Assembly (NCBI GenBank): GCA_965262715.1
Contig: OZ253553.1
Location: forward strand, 160,001 to 224,000
Source of the DNA: Bdellovibrionales bacterium
Lineage (GTDB): Bacteria > Bdellovibrionota > Bdellovibrionia > Bdellovibrionales > JAUICD01
Length of the DNA: 64,000 nucleotides
Reading direction: 5' to 3'
Shown: in pieces, positions 9,888 to 19,823 of the stretch
How the letters are laid out: every line of letters begins with the position of its first letter
How positions within the stretch are numbered: the stretch's first letter is position 1
Translations under genes and position numbers: made by a program
The notes under the pieces: generated by a model
What the model was told of the DNA's origin: nothing
Databases searched by the model: none
Seen by the model: only the letters and a program-made list of their open reading frames with translations

Positions 9888-11195
9888 TTGAGCTTTGATA
9901 GATACTATGGAGAGTTTATGTCCTCTAAAAATACTCAGCTGCGCAAAGTATTAAATTTAAGTCAAACAGTGGGGCTTGCCATCACAGTGGTTATTGGTGG
10001 TGGTTTTTTGGTGCTTCCTGGATTGGTCTACCAAAAAATTGGTAGTTCAGCTATTTATGTATGGCTATCAGTTTCATTATTGATGATCCCGCTACTAGTT
10101 ATGGTTGCAAAACTTGGAGCTAAATACCCTTCAGCAGGAGGAGTTGCTGGTTTTATGCATAATGCTTTTTCTCGTCGTTGGGGCATGGCAACAGAAACTT
10201 TATTGATCGGAACAATAGGGCTAGCTGTCCCCGCTATTGCACTGATAGGAGGTCAATATTTTGCATTATTGTTAAATAATGATGATATTGTTTTTGAGTG
10301 CGCGCTTATATTACTTTTTGCTGCCACTATCATTAACTGGTATGGCGTAACTGTATCTGCTAATATTCAAAGAATATTGGCATTCACACTTTGTGCTGTT
10401 TTATTTGCTGTAGCTTTGATGGCTCTTGTATTTGGTGATCATACACAGGGTACTCAGCTAGCTCCAATATTTTCTTTAAAAACATGGTCGGAGGCACTTC
10501 CAGCAACTGCATTGGTATTTTTTGCATTCACAGGGTGGGAAGAGTTGCCGGCGATGTCAGAGGAATATCAAAATCCACAACGTGATTTTCCACTATCTAT
10601 TGCAATTAGCTTTGTTGTTGTTGTCTTATTGTATTTTCTGGTGGCTATAGCTACCCAGTTGACTCTATTACAATCTGATCCACAAATTGCGATAGCTCCT
10701 ATTGCTCTTTTATTAAATTTTACTATTGGTCCATTAGGTACAATCTTCATCTCAATCATTGCGGTTCTTATTATTTTCACACATTTGATTAGTGCTGTTT
10801 GGGTAACTTCCCGCATTATCTTTTTTTCTGCTCGTGAAGGCCTATTGCCCAAATATTTTGTTTCATTAAATTCTTCTTATCAAGCACCTCGTCCCGCTAT
10901 TTTACTATGCATACTTATTTTCATTTCTGTACTATATGTTTATCTTATAGGACTTCTAAACTTAGAAAGCATATTAAAACTTTCTGGACAAAACTTCTTC
11001 TTTTTATATGCCTTGTGTACAGCAGTGTACCTTAAACTTGCAAATAAGATGACAGAATATATACTTAGTGTCATTGGATTGCTGATTATTTTATCAATGA
11101 GTATTGTTTTTGGATGGATGGTATTGTATCCATTATCATTTCTATTTATTGGATTTATCATCTCTCATCTTATTGATGTAAAAAACAAGAATTAA
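9888..11195 (+). CDS. APC-family amino acid permease (YjeH-like); start probably ATG at 9918
   Basis: About 12 TM helices; IGGG, YPSAGG, FFAFTGWE, EEYQNPQRDFP motifs. Confidence 0.85.
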   Translation: MSFDRYYGEFMSSKNTQLRKVLNLSQTVGLAITVVIGGGFLVLPGLVYQKIGSSAIYVWLSVSLLMIPLLVMVAKLGAKYPSAGGVAGFMHNAFSRRWGMATETLLIGTIGLAVPAIALIGGQYFALLLNNDDIVFECALILLFAATIINWYGVTVSANIQRILAFTLCAVLFAVALMALVFGDHTQGTQLAPIFSLKTWSEALPATALVFFAFTGWEELPAMSEEYQNPQRDFPLSIAISFVVVVLLYFLVAIATQLTLLQSDPQIAIAPIALLLNFTIGPLGTIFISIIAVLIIFTHLISAVWVTSRIIFFSAREGLLPKYFVSLNSSYQAPRPAILLCILIFISVLYVYLIGLLNLESILKLSGQNFFFLYALCTAVYLKLANKMTEYILSVIGLLIILSMSIVFGWMVLYPLSFLFIGFIISHLIDVKNKN

Positions 11196-11210
11196 TGGCA
11201 TAGATATTTC

Positions 11211-11402
11211 TTAGAAGCTATCTTAAAAATAAGGTTTGTATTTTGCTTTTGCGAATTAAAGCTGAAATAGCAAATCACTGTTATACCGGGATATGGCATT
11301 CCGGCATTCTGGCAATGAAGTTCCCGGCAACTGCTTGCTGGACTGCCGGATTCCCCGACTGCCAGATTCCGGATAGATAAAGATACTTTAATAAGAAAGA
11401 AT
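11211..11402. mobile_element. MITE-like remnant: D-type terminal arm plus family B repeat
   Basis: Starts TTAGAAGCTATCTTAAAAATAAG; the ~70-bp arm is homologous (inverted) to 36080-36151 and 39005-39078; B core AAGTTCCCGGCAACTG. Confidence 0.7.
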
Positions 11403-11494
11403 ATCCAGCTTATAAAATAGAAGTGTTACCTATTGCCTTGAAGAATTTGTTATCTATGTCTCTTGGTAAGACCAAATAATGAGGTAAATAAAAA

Positions 11495-11531
11495 AATACC
11501 TTCAGTTATAAAACTGAAGGTATTATTTTTT
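11495..11531. terminator. Intrinsic terminator, probably bidirectional
   Basis: 13-bp stem AATACCTTCAGTT-ATAA-AACTGAAGGTATT with A/T runs on both sides, between convergent genes. Confidence 0.85.
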
Positions 11532-11583
11532 CTTAAATTAATGGGTAGTATTTATCAAACTATCTCCACCATTTAATTATCAA

Positions 11584-13284
11584 CTACTGCTGCTTAGGAG
11601 CTTCTACTACTGCAGGATCTACATTACCAGCAGCAGGATCTACATTACCAGCAGCAGGATCTACATTACCAGCAGCAGGATCTACATTACCAGCAGCAGG
11701 ATCTACATTACCAGCAGCAGGATCTACATTACCAGCAGCAGGATCTACATTACCAGCAGCAGGATCTACATTACCAGCAGCAGGATCTACATTACCAGCA
11801 GCAGGATCTACATTACCAGCAGCAGGATCTACATTACCAGCAGCAGGATCTACATTACCAGCAGCAGGATCAGCAGTTACATCAGGATCAGCAGTTACAT
11901 CAGGATCAGCAGTTACATCAGGATCAGCAGTTACATCAGGATCAGCAGGTGCTATTACTACAGCAAAATCATTAAGTTCAAAACTATGTCCAGTAGCAAC
12001 TGTTGCCATCATAGCAATTCCATCATCATCAGTCATAGCAATTCCTTGATCATTAGTCATAGCTATATCTTTAAGTAATTCAAGAACAAGAGAGAATCCT
12101 TCACCATTAACGTTTCTTGTTAGTAAACGAGCACTGTAAGCTGTACCATCTTCATCAGTAAGACCTTCAAGAGAAGTAATTATACCACTCAAGTCGTCCT
12201 CTTCTAGTACACTACCCATTGCATTTGGATCAAGGCCATTACCATCTTCACCAATTGCTCTTCTAAAACTGTCTCTAGCCTCTGTAGCACTACCATCTGC
12301 CATTTCAGTAACATGAGAGATGATAATAGGATCAGCATCTGTTTTTGATAACTCAACCCAGATTGATCCTTCATAACTCAAATCTGTTGCCTCATTAAAA
12401 TTGCTCATATCTTCATCTGTAGTCAACCAAACTGCTTGAGTAATAGTCACATAACCATTTCTTTCACTAAGAAGTGTCTCAAGTTCATTTTCTGCATTTC
12501 CTTCACCTCCGTTAAACATATTTCTATAATCACGTATTGGACCGAAGTGTAATACAAAACGAGAGTTCAATGCACCATTGATTGTTGCTACTGTCTCACT
12601 TGCGACTTTCCCTTCTTCTATTACGATAAGTCCTTCAAGTGATTTAGTTGGTACAACAATCTCTTCAAATTCAATGTAGTGATTTGCAAGATAACCATCT
12701 GCTTCATATCGAAGAAGCCTAGCGGTATCTTCAGTAAAATCTGCTACTTTACCCTCTTCATTGGAAGGTAAAATATAAGTTGCATCTGCAGTCTCTATTT
12801 TGTTACTCAAATCATAATATTCATCACCTATAGACAATCCATTCACAACATTATTAGAAAGATCACGCATAACAGAGATATCGAGTTGATAATTCTCATC
12901 ATCATCATAATTTACAAGGTAAGCCTTAGCCTCTTCTTCTTCTGCTTCTATTGATGGTGTTGCCTCTACATTAGGTGCGCCCGTTGCTTTTATTTCAGCT
13001 TGCAGTTGTGCTCTAGCAACATCTTGAGATACTACACTCTCATCATTTAGGAAGCTCTCAAATACATCCCCTGATAGTTCAGGTGGAATATGTACAGCAT
13101 TTTTTGCACTGTATCGACTGGAATTATTCTTATCAAAATTAGCATTACTTAACTTAAGGTTGTTAGCTCGCCTCTGAATTTCATTAGGCTGATTTGTACC
13201 TGATGGGGAACATCCCGTCATCATAATTAATGCGCTCGTTATACCTAAAAGTGAAAGAATGGTTGATGGTGATTTTGCTCTCAT
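11584..13284 (-). CDS. Acidic lipoprotein with C-terminal tandem repeats
   Basis: Lipobox-like MMTGC; (DPDVTA)x4 and (DPAAGNV)x12 at C-terminus. Confidence 0.75.
   Translation of the reverse strand: MRAKSPSTILSLLGITSALIMMTGCSPSGTNQPNEIQRRANNLKLSNANFDKNNSSRYSAKNAVHIPPELSGDVFESFLNDESVVSQDVARAQLQAEIKATGAPNVEATPSIEAEEEEAKAYLVNYDDDENYQLDISVMRDLSNNVVNGLSIGDEYYDLSNKIETADATYILPSNEEGKVADFTEDTARLLRYEADGYLANHYIEFEEIVVPTKSLEGLIVIEEGKVASETVATINGALNSRFVLHFGPIRDYRNMFNGGEGNAENELETLLSERNGYVTITQAVWLTTDEDMSNFNEATDLSYEGSIWVELSKTDADPIIISHVTEMADGSATEARDSFRRAIGEDGNGLDPNAMGSVLEEDDLSGIITSLEGLTDEDGTAYSARLLTRNVNGEGFSLVLELLKDIAMTNDQGIAMTDDDGIAMMATVATGHSFELNDFAVVIAPADPDVTADPDVTADPDVTADPDVTADPAAGNVDPAAGNVDPAAGNVDPAAGNVDPAAGNVDPAAGNVDPAAGNVDPAAGNVDPAAGNVDPAAGNVDPAAGNVDPAAGNVDPAVVEAPKQQ
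11612..11936. repeat. Perfect coding tandem repeat: 12 x 21 bp plus 4 x 18 bp
   Basis: GCAGGATCTACATTACCAGCA x12 (11612-11863), then CAGGATCAGCAGTTACAT x4. Confidence 0.95.
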
Positions 13285-13325
13285 GATTGCCTCCTTAAAA
13301 GGGTAATTTAATTAAAATACATAAA

Positions 13326-13375
13326 CATAATATAAAAAAATAAACTAACTCATAATATAAAAAAATAAACTAACT
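13326..13375. repeat. 25-bp direct tandem duplication upstream of the lipoprotein
   Basis: CATAATATAAAAAAATAAACTAACT twice. Confidence 0.85.
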
Positions 13376-13601
13376 AACTAAAGTTAAATACACCAAATCA
13401 AATACTACAAAGCACTTGAAATGGTATATTTATAACCAAGTAGAGCCTATGTAATATTTATATAAGTAAAAGTCAAGAAGTTTTTCAATATAAACTATAA
13501 AATAATTTAATTGACTGTCTAAATCAAATCATCAAAATAAGCTTACCAATAAAACAATCAATGATAAAAGTAAGTTAAAAAATAATGCGACGAGTCTAAA
13601 A

Positions 13602-14279
13602 ATGTCTAAATATCAATCTATAAATATAGGATCATTTAAGGCCTTAGTGGCTGAAAAGTCATCAAATCCTTTATTTAATGTGGTTTTATTTCATGGATAT
13701 GGGGCAAATGCCCTCAATTTATATCCACTAAGCCGTTACTTGGATGTTGATGATCGTATCAAATGGATATTTCCAGAAGGCCCAGAATCTATTGATATGG
13801 ACCCTTCAGGCTTAGGCCGCACATGGTTTCCTGTAGATGTAGAGGCATTTTTACAAGATAAAGACAACTACAATGTTCCTCCATCTATCTTTGATGCGGC
13901 CATAGATAAAGCTTATCAAGCTCTTAAACCACTGCCAAATTTAATTATTGGTGGTTTCAGCCAAGGAGCTGTATTAACAACAAATCTTATTATGAAAACT
14001 GATCTCAATGTTGAAGGATTGATTGTGCTTTCAGGCGCTTTACTAGACAAAAAAAGATGGCATAAACACACAATAAGAGAAGGGCTGCCTTTTTTTCAAT
14101 CGCATGGATATTCTGATACTATGATTAAGCATTCAAGAGGTCAGAAGTTAGAAGTGACCCTTAGAGGATATGGATTGATAGGCAAACTTTTTAGCTTTGA
14201 GGGAGGTCATGAAATTCCAGAGAGCGTTCTTGTACAGCTTCAAAAATTCTTAACTTCTTTAATCTTAAATCATTCGTAA
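13602..14279 (+). CDS. Phospholipase/carboxylesterase (alpha/beta hydrolase)
   Basis: HGYGAN, GGFSQGA nucleophile elbow, QSHG..D, GGHEI. Confidence 0.9.
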   Translation: MSKYQSINIGSFKALVAEKSSNPLFNVVLFHGYGANALNLYPLSRYLDVDDRIKWIFPEGPESIDMDPSGLGRTWFPVDVEAFLQDKDNYNVPPSIFDAAIDKAYQALKPLPNLIIGGFSQGAVLTTNLIMKTDLNVEGLIVLSGALLDKKRWHKHTIREGLPFFQSHGYSDTMIKHSRGQKLEVTLRGYGLIGKLFSFEGGHEIPESVLVQLQKFLTSLILNHS

Positions 14280-14310
14280 CTTTCACCCACCCTAAAAATA
14301 AACCTGCCTC

Positions 14311-14456
14311 TGTATCACTAAAAATGAACTGGCCTCTGGCCATTTTTGGATAGTAAGCCTGACGATTTGCATCGTCAGAAAATGCTGACTATCTCAAAAA
14401 TCTGTTCATTTTTAGTAAACAGATACTTCTTATTTCCTAACACCATGTTAAGGGAA
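14311..14456 (-). repeat. Family A structured element, copy A3
   Basis: ACTAAAAATGAAC/GTTCATTTTTAGT, TTTTTG/CAAAAA, CTGACGAT-GCAA-ATCGTCAG; followed by a D-type end TTTTTGAGATGGCTTCAA at ~14484-14501. Confidence 0.9.
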
Positions 14457-14577
14457 TTTTCCATTTACTATCTCTAGCTCACATTTTTGAGATGGCTTCA
14501 AGTAAAAAATTGCTTCAAGATGGCTTACCAGTTATTCTCTTATCAACATCATCAAGAAAAAATAAGGATAAATAAAA

Positions 14578-15855
14578 ATGCAAGGTGGGTTTGGAAACCA
14601 TATTACAAGTGAAGCTATTTTAGGGGCTGTGCCTAAAAATCAAAATAATCCACAGAAGCCACCTCTCGGCTTATATGCAGAACAAATCTCAGGGTCTGCT
14701 TTTACACAAAAACGTGCTGAGAACCTACGGTCTTGGATGTATCGTATATTACCATCAGTAAAGCATTCTGCTTATGAAGAGTTTTATCTAGAAAACTTCC
14801 TAACACCTCCGCTTAAAAAATCTTTTTGTTCTCCTATACAATACCGCTTTGACCCTCCTGAAATACGTAACACTCCCCATGATTTCTTAGAAGGTGTAAA
14901 GACAATAGCTGTTTCAGGTGATCGGCAGTGTGGTGTTGGTGTGCATTTATTTACTGCTAACACTTCTATGAAAGAGTGCTTCTTTTTAAACTCTGATGGT
15001 CATTTACTTATCCTCCCGCAAATAGGACATTTAGAATTGCACACAGAGTTTGGCCTTCTTGCCATAGCTCCTAAAGAAATGGCAGTGATTCCTAAAGGGA
15101 TCAAGTTTCAAGTCCATTTAAAAAGCCCTACAGCAAGAGGTTATATCTGTGAAAACTTTGGTTTTCCTTTTATTTTACCTGATCTAGGACCTATAGGCTC
15201 TAATGGACTTGCTAATCCTCGCCATTTTTTAGCGCCTTCTGCTTCCTTCAATGATCAAAAAGGTGAGTTTTACATTATCCATAAATTTGCAGGACAGTTT
15301 TTTAAAGCTCAGCTTGATTATCACCCTTTAAATGTTTTGGGTTGGTGTGGAAATTACTTTCCTTATAAGTATGATTTAACTCTTTTTAATGTCTTAAACT
15401 CAGTAAGTTTCGATCATACTGACCCTTCCATCTTTACAGTATTAACATCTCCTTCATTCAAAGATGGTCTTGCCAATGTTGATTTTGTGATTTTTCCTCC
15501 AAGATGGATCGTTGCAGAAAACACATTTCGTCCTCCTTATTACCATAGAAATATCATGAGTGAGTTTATGGGACTTATTTGTGGTGTTTATGATGCTAAA
15601 GAAGAGGGTTTTTTACCTGGAGGGAGCACCCTTCACAATAGTTTTGCAGCTCATGGTCCTGATGCGCAAGTATTTCAAAAAGCAAGTCAAAGTGAACTTA
15701 AGCCAGAGAAGCATGAAGGATCTTTAGCTTTTATGTTTGAGAGTTCTAGCCCTTTTACTGTGACTGATTATGCCCATAACGGACCTTTAAAACAAGACAA
15801 TTACAATCAATGTTGGCAAAATTTAAAAGATTATTTTAAGGACAGCAAGCTTTAA
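14578..15855 (+). CDS. hmgA: Homogentisate 1,2-dioxygenase
   Basis: LYAEQISGSAFT, RSWMYRILPS, DPSIFTVLT, TFRPPYYHRNIMSEFMGLI, HGPD. Confidence 0.97.
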   Translation: MQGGFGNHITSEAILGAVPKNQNNPQKPPLGLYAEQISGSAFTQKRAENLRSWMYRILPSVKHSAYEEFYLENFLTPPLKKSFCSPIQYRFDPPEIRNTPHDFLEGVKTIAVSGDRQCGVGVHLFTANTSMKECFFLNSDGHLLILPQIGHLELHTEFGLLAIAPKEMAVIPKGIKFQVHLKSPTARGYICENFGFPFILPDLGPIGSNGLANPRHFLAPSASFNDQKGEFYIIHKFAGQFFKAQLDYHPLNVLGWCGNYFPYKYDLTLFNVLNSVSFDHTDPSIFTVLTSPSFKDGLANVDFVIFPPRWIVAENTFRPPYYHRNIMSEFMGLICGVYDAKEEGFLPGGSTLHNSFAAHGPDAQVFQKASQSELKPEKHEGSLAFMFESSSPFTVTDYAHNGPLKQDNYNQCWQNLKDYFKDSKL

Positions 15856-15970
15856 CCTAAATTCTCAAACTACTGCTTTAAAAATAACCTTTACTTAGAC
15901 AACCCTTTTTATACAAGAAATTAGAGGTAATAGGTACAAACGTTTATAGACTTTTACTGAAACAGCACGA

Positions 15971-16131
15971 TTCCCTTAACATGATGTTAAATAATGAGGA
16001 GTATCTCGTTTACTAAAATGCAGCAGGCTTTCTAGGTAGTCAGCTATTTGCTGACGATGTGAACCGTCAGGCTGACTACCAGAAAGTCGCCAGAGGCTTG
16101 CCTCGAGAGGCGACATGCATTTTAGTGAAAA
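15971..16131 (+). repeat. Family A structured element, copy A4 (extended last hairpin)
   Basis: GGTAGTCAGC/GCTGACTACC, CTGACG/CGTCAG, TCGCC..GAGGC-TT-GCCTC..GGCGA. Confidence 0.9.
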
Positions 16132-16222
16132 AAAAATGAACACTGATATACATTGTATGTTAGATAAAGTTATGAACCGCTAGCAATGTTTATCAAAATT
16201 TTATTTTTGAGACTGGTTCTAA

Positions 16223-16642
16223 TTACAATCTAATGAAAGAACCTAAGATATATGGAGAGTAAAAACCTCCAGGAATATGAATTAACTCTTTACTTCCATT
16301 GAGATAACCCAGGTAACCAGCAACTTCATTTGGTTGAAGATGTTTTTTAAGAGTTTTGTTATAAACAGAAGAAACTTGTTTTAACTTATGTTTTGTCTGA
16401 CGAGAATAAGATTGATTTCTCTGAGATCGAATTTTTTTAGACCTCATATCAGCAGCGCTTGATACCTTGAAGTCATTAAGAAGTTTTGTTTCAAGATTTC
16501 GAATAGACTGAATATCTGCAGAAGCAACTCCTACCTTTGATAAATAATGAGCTCTTGTGCCTTCACTTGACATGGCCACTTCAGAGACTAATAAAACAGC
16601 TACGACTAAAAATAAATTGAAAATGATTTGCTTTGATTTCAT
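16223..16642 (-). CDS. Hypothetical secreted basic protein
   Basis: Signal peptide, GAGGGA RBS upstream, sigma54-type promoter. Confidence 0.7.
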   Translation of the reverse strand: MKSKQIIFNLFLVVAVLLVSEVAMSSEGTRAHYLSKVGVASADIQSIRNLETKLLNDFKVSSAADMRSKKIRSQRNQSYSRQTKHKLKQVSSVYNKTLKKHLQPNEVAGYLGYLNGSKELIHIPGGFYSPYILGSFIRL

Positions 16643-16693
16643 GACTTCCCTCTCTTTCCTCTTTGTTAAAAGAACATTTATAATTTAATAAAG

Positions 16694-16709
16694 AGCAAAA
16701 AAAGTGCCA
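16694..16709 (-). promoter_or_regulatory. Sigma-54 (-24/-12) promoter
   Basis: Minus strand reads TGGCAC-TTTTT-TTGCT, an exact TGGCAC-N5-TTGCW consensus, ~50 bp upstream of the start at 16642. Confidence 0.75.
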
Positions 16710-17015
16710 ACAATATAACTACTTGTTATTACTTAATAAATTTATAAAAAAGCCATTTAAGCAGTCAGGAAGTGGTAAGAAATGATCCATTTTATAAATA
16801 GGTATTCATAGGTTCTATCACCAACAAAAATGACAGAGGGCTTATGCACATAACCTATTGATATTATTAAATATAATAAAATATCTCTTATTGCAAAAAA
16901 ACTGAGAGGAAGGTTTTAATAATATATTTTGAACAGGGTGTTTAAAAAAAAGACAGAGTGACGTTTTTGCGCGCCTTTTTTTGTCATGAACCTATTTTTC
17001 AAATCTTTTTAGGGA

Positions 17016-17092
17016 TTCTAGCATTCGGGCAAGCTGGCAATTAGTTGCCGGGAACCGTTTACCGGAGTGCCGGATTGCCCGATTCCCGGAGA
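17016..17092. repeat. Family B GC-rich palindromic repeat
   Basis: GGGCAAGCTGGCAA-TTAGTTGCCGGGAACCG-...TGCCGGATTGCCCG; adjoins copy A5. Confidence 0.75.
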
Positions 17093-17102
17093 AATTAAGA
17101 GA

Positions 17103-17251
17103 TTTCCCTTAACATGATGTTAAAAAATGAGGAGTATCTTCTTCCTAAAAATAGTCAAGCTTTCTAGACAGTAAGCTACTTGCTGACAGTGCAGACTGTC
17201 AGGCTTACTGTCAGAAAGTTGCCAGAGGCCAGAGGCATTTTTAGTGATACA
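17103..17251 (+). repeat. Family A structured element, copy A5
   Basis: Near-identical to A2 (inverted) and A7. Confidence 0.9.
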
Positions 17252-17343
17252 ATGAAATAAAATGAATATTGTAAATTACTCTATTATCATATAGTTTATA
17301 AATGAGTGATATAGTTAGGGGTTTTTATTATAGGGGTTTTTAA

Positions 17344-18006
17344 GTGGATACAAATGTATTAGAGTTTATAGTCAAGTTAAGTTTATTTATGGTGCCTTTT
17401 TTATTTGCTATATCTTTCCATGAGTTTTCACATGGATGGGTTGCCAAAAAAAAGGGCGATAACACTGCAGAGATTTTAGGTCGTTTGACACTTAACCCTG
17501 TAGCGCATCTAGACATTATAGGTACATTAATTATACCTTCTTTGGCTTTGGTTTTTGGATGGCCTTTATTTGGATGGGCTAAGCCTGTTCCTGTCAACTC
17601 TAGAAACCTTAAAAACATTAAAAATGATATGTTTTGGATTGCAGCAGCGGGTCCTCTTTCTAATATTTTATTAGCTATGTTAGGTGGAGCTGTTTTGCAC
17701 CTTATGCTTTGGTCTTCGACAGAAGTTCTTTCCTCAAATTTTTACGCGCCTATTTTACAAATGTTGATATTTTTTATAAAAATAAATGCTGTTTTAGCCA
17801 TTTTTAATTTACTGCCTATGCATCCGCTTGATGGTGGGAAAATCCTTGCTCGATTTTTACCATATAATGCCAATCGCTTTTTAGAGGATAACCAAGCTAC
17901 AACATCTATTATTTTATTAGGTCTAGTTGTAACAGGAGGGCTTACATTTATAAGCCTTCCAGTTTATTGGCTTACTCGTCTTTTTATACCAGGTGGTCTT
18001 CTTTGA
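17344..18006 (+). CDS. Site-2 protease (M50) family protein
   Basis: HEFSH, GRLTLNP, AAAGPLSN, NLLPMHPLDGG. Confidence 0.92.
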   Translation: MDTNVLEFIVKLSLFMVPFLFAISFHEFSHGWVAKKKGDNTAEILGRLTLNPVAHLDIIGTLIIPSLALVFGWPLFGWAKPVPVNSRNLKNIKNDMFWIAAAGPLSNILLAMLGGAVLHLMLWSSTEVLSSNFYAPILQMLIFFIKINAVLAIFNLLPMHPLDGGKILARFLPYNANRFLEDNQATTSIILLGLVVTGGLTFISLPVYWLTRLFIPGGLL

Positions 18007-19010
18007 CTTTGGGCAAGTACAAACCTTGTTTAATGAGCGGCATGCGTCCTACAGGTTCACTCCATTTTGGCAATTATTTTGGCGCATTAAAGCATTGGGT
18101 AGATTTGCAAGACAAGTACACATGTTTTTTTGGATCAGTGGACTGGCATGCAATGACAGATACCTATAAAAGCCCGGAAAAGATACCTGAAAATATACGT
18201 ATTATGTTTGCAGAATGGATAGCCTGGGGTATCGACCCTAATAAATCAGTACTTTTTATTCAAAGTAAAGTACCTGAGCACTTAGAGCTTCTTATTATCT
18301 TCGCTAATTTGACTCCTATGGGTTGGTTAGAGAGGGTGCCCACATGGAAAGATGCTATTGATGAGCTTAAATTAAATGATACTTACAATTTAGGAAGATT
18401 TGCTTACCCGGTTTTACAAGCTGCTGATATTGCTCTTTACAATGGCGAGATTGTTCCAGTTGGCCAAGATCAAGTTGCGCATATCGAATTAGCGCGAGAA
18501 ATTATTAGAAGATTCAATCGTATTTATAACACAAATATTTTAAAAGAACCCAAAGCCTTATTAACCAAAACCCCTTTATTACTTGGAATTGACGGAAAAA
18601 AGATGTCCAAGTCCAAAAATAACGTATTTCCTTTACTTACTGAGGTTTCTGAAGTTAAAAAACTATGTAACAAGATGCTTACAGACCCTCAACGCGCCAG
18701 AAGAGAGGATAAGGGAAATCCTAATGTCTGTTCTGTCTTTCACTTTCATAAACTCTTTTCCAGTAAAGAGGATCTTTCGTGGGCTTTTGAAGGGTGCACG
18801 ACTGCGGGCATTGGCTGTGGAGAATGTAAAGCAAAACTAGCAGATAATATCAACCACAAAATGGCAGAGCCTCTTGAAACTAAAAAGAAGCTTTTGGAAA
18901 AACCAAAGGCTTTAGATGAAATTATAAATGACGGTTGTTTTCGTGCTAAAAGAGTAGCTCAAGAAACCTTAAATAAAGTTTATAAAGTGATGTCATTTAA
19001 AACCTCTTGA
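17967..19010 (+). CDS. trpS: Tryptophan--tRNA ligase (true start probably slightly downstream)
   Basis: SGMRPTGSLHFGNY, YPVLQAADI, VPVGQDQ, KMSKS. Confidence 0.97.
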   Translation: MAYSSFYTRWSSLTLGKYKPCLMSGMRPTGSLHFGNYFGALKHWVDLQDKYTCFFGSVDWHAMTDTYKSPEKIPENIRIMFAEWIAWGIDPNKSVLFIQSKVPEHLELLIIFANLTPMGWLERVPTWKDAIDELKLNDTYNLGRFAYPVLQAADIALYNGEIVPVGQDQVAHIELAREIIRRFNRIYNTNILKEPKALLTKTPLLLGIDGKKMSKSKNNVFPLLTEVSEVKKLCNKMLTDPQRARREDKGNPNVCSVFHFHKLFSSKEDLSWAFEGCTTAGIGCGECKAKLADNINHKMAEPLETKKKLLEKPKALDEIINDGCFRAKRVAQETLNKVYKVMSFKTS

Positions 19011-19039
19011 ATATAAAGTATAGGAGAGGATACTGAAAG

Positions 19040-19810
19040 ATGAGTATACAAGTCCATTTAGAACGATTTGAAGGTCCACTAAGTCTATTGCTTTATCTAA
19101 TTCGTCGTGAAGAGATAGATATTTATAATATCCCTATCCATGAAATTACAAAGCAATATATGAAAGAATTAGAATTGATCTCAAAATGTGATCTGGAGAC
19201 TGCTGGAGATTTCATAGCAATGGCAGCTACTCTTTTGCAAATCAAATCTAAAATGCTCTTACCTGTAGAAAGCACTGAGGATGAAGAAGAGGCAAAGGAC
19301 CCTAGGGAAGGTCTAGTTCAACAGCTTTTAGTTTATCAAGCTTATAAGGATATATCTTCAACGCTTTATACACGTCCTTTATTAGGACGAGATATCTGGA
19401 TAAGAGGAGTGAGAGGATCTCTGCCCCAGAAAGACAGTGAAATTGTGATAGATGAAAACAGTCTTTTTACTTTAATTGCAAGTTATAAAAAGGCTTTCTC
19501 TTTTTACAACAAAAGACCTCATAAGGTAAAAACAGAGAAAGTCTCATTAACTTCTTGTATTTTAGAGCTTGCGGATCAGCTCCATGTAGGTCAAAAAATA
19601 ACTTTTAATAAATTGATCCAGATAAGAGGACATGTAAAATCTCAAATTGTGATTGTGCTCTTATCCCTCTTAGAATTAAGTCGTATGGGTATTTTATCTC
19701 TGCTTCAACCCAACATAGACTCGGAGATTTACATTGAAGTCAAATCTGAAGTCAACGCAATATCTCATATCAACATGACTCAAGATTATGAATACAACTT
19801 AAGCCTTTAA
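19040..19810 (+). CDS. scpA: Segregation and condensation protein A
   Basis: FEGPLSLLLYLI, AGDFIAMAATLLQIKSKMLLP, LSLLEL. Confidence 0.93.
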   Translation: MSIQVHLERFEGPLSLLLYLIRREEIDIYNIPIHEITKQYMKELELISKCDLETAGDFIAMAATLLQIKSKMLLPVESTEDEEEAKDPREGLVQQLLVYQAYKDISSTLYTRPLLGRDIWIRGVRGSLPQKDSEIVIDENSLFTLIASYKKAFSFYNKRPHKVKTEKVSLTSCILELADQLHVGQKITFNKLIQIRGHVKSQIVIVLLSLLELSRMGILSLLQPNIDSEIYIEVKSEVNAISHINMTQDYEYNLSL

Positions 19811-19823
19811 AAGGAGAGGTAAT

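Noticed and set aside
11612..11936. Possible CRISPR array
   Set aside because: Units are contiguous with no spacers, are multiples of 3, and lie in frame in a CDS; no cas genes in the window.
15971..16131. Family A as a riboswitch or small ORF (ATGAGGAGT, SD-like GAGGAG)
   Set aside because: Orientation and neighbouring gene functions are inconsistent, and the short frame is not conserved among copies.
16985..17000. Recurrent ATGAACCT motif (also ~43025, 48242, 57854, 58682)
   Set aside because: Too short to distinguish from chance or from another repeat end without statistics.
17103..17251. Family A as a hammerhead ribozyme (TGAGGAG ... GAAAC)
   Set aside because: No CUGANGA core in the right context, no proper stem II closure, and most copies have GATAC rather than GAAAC.
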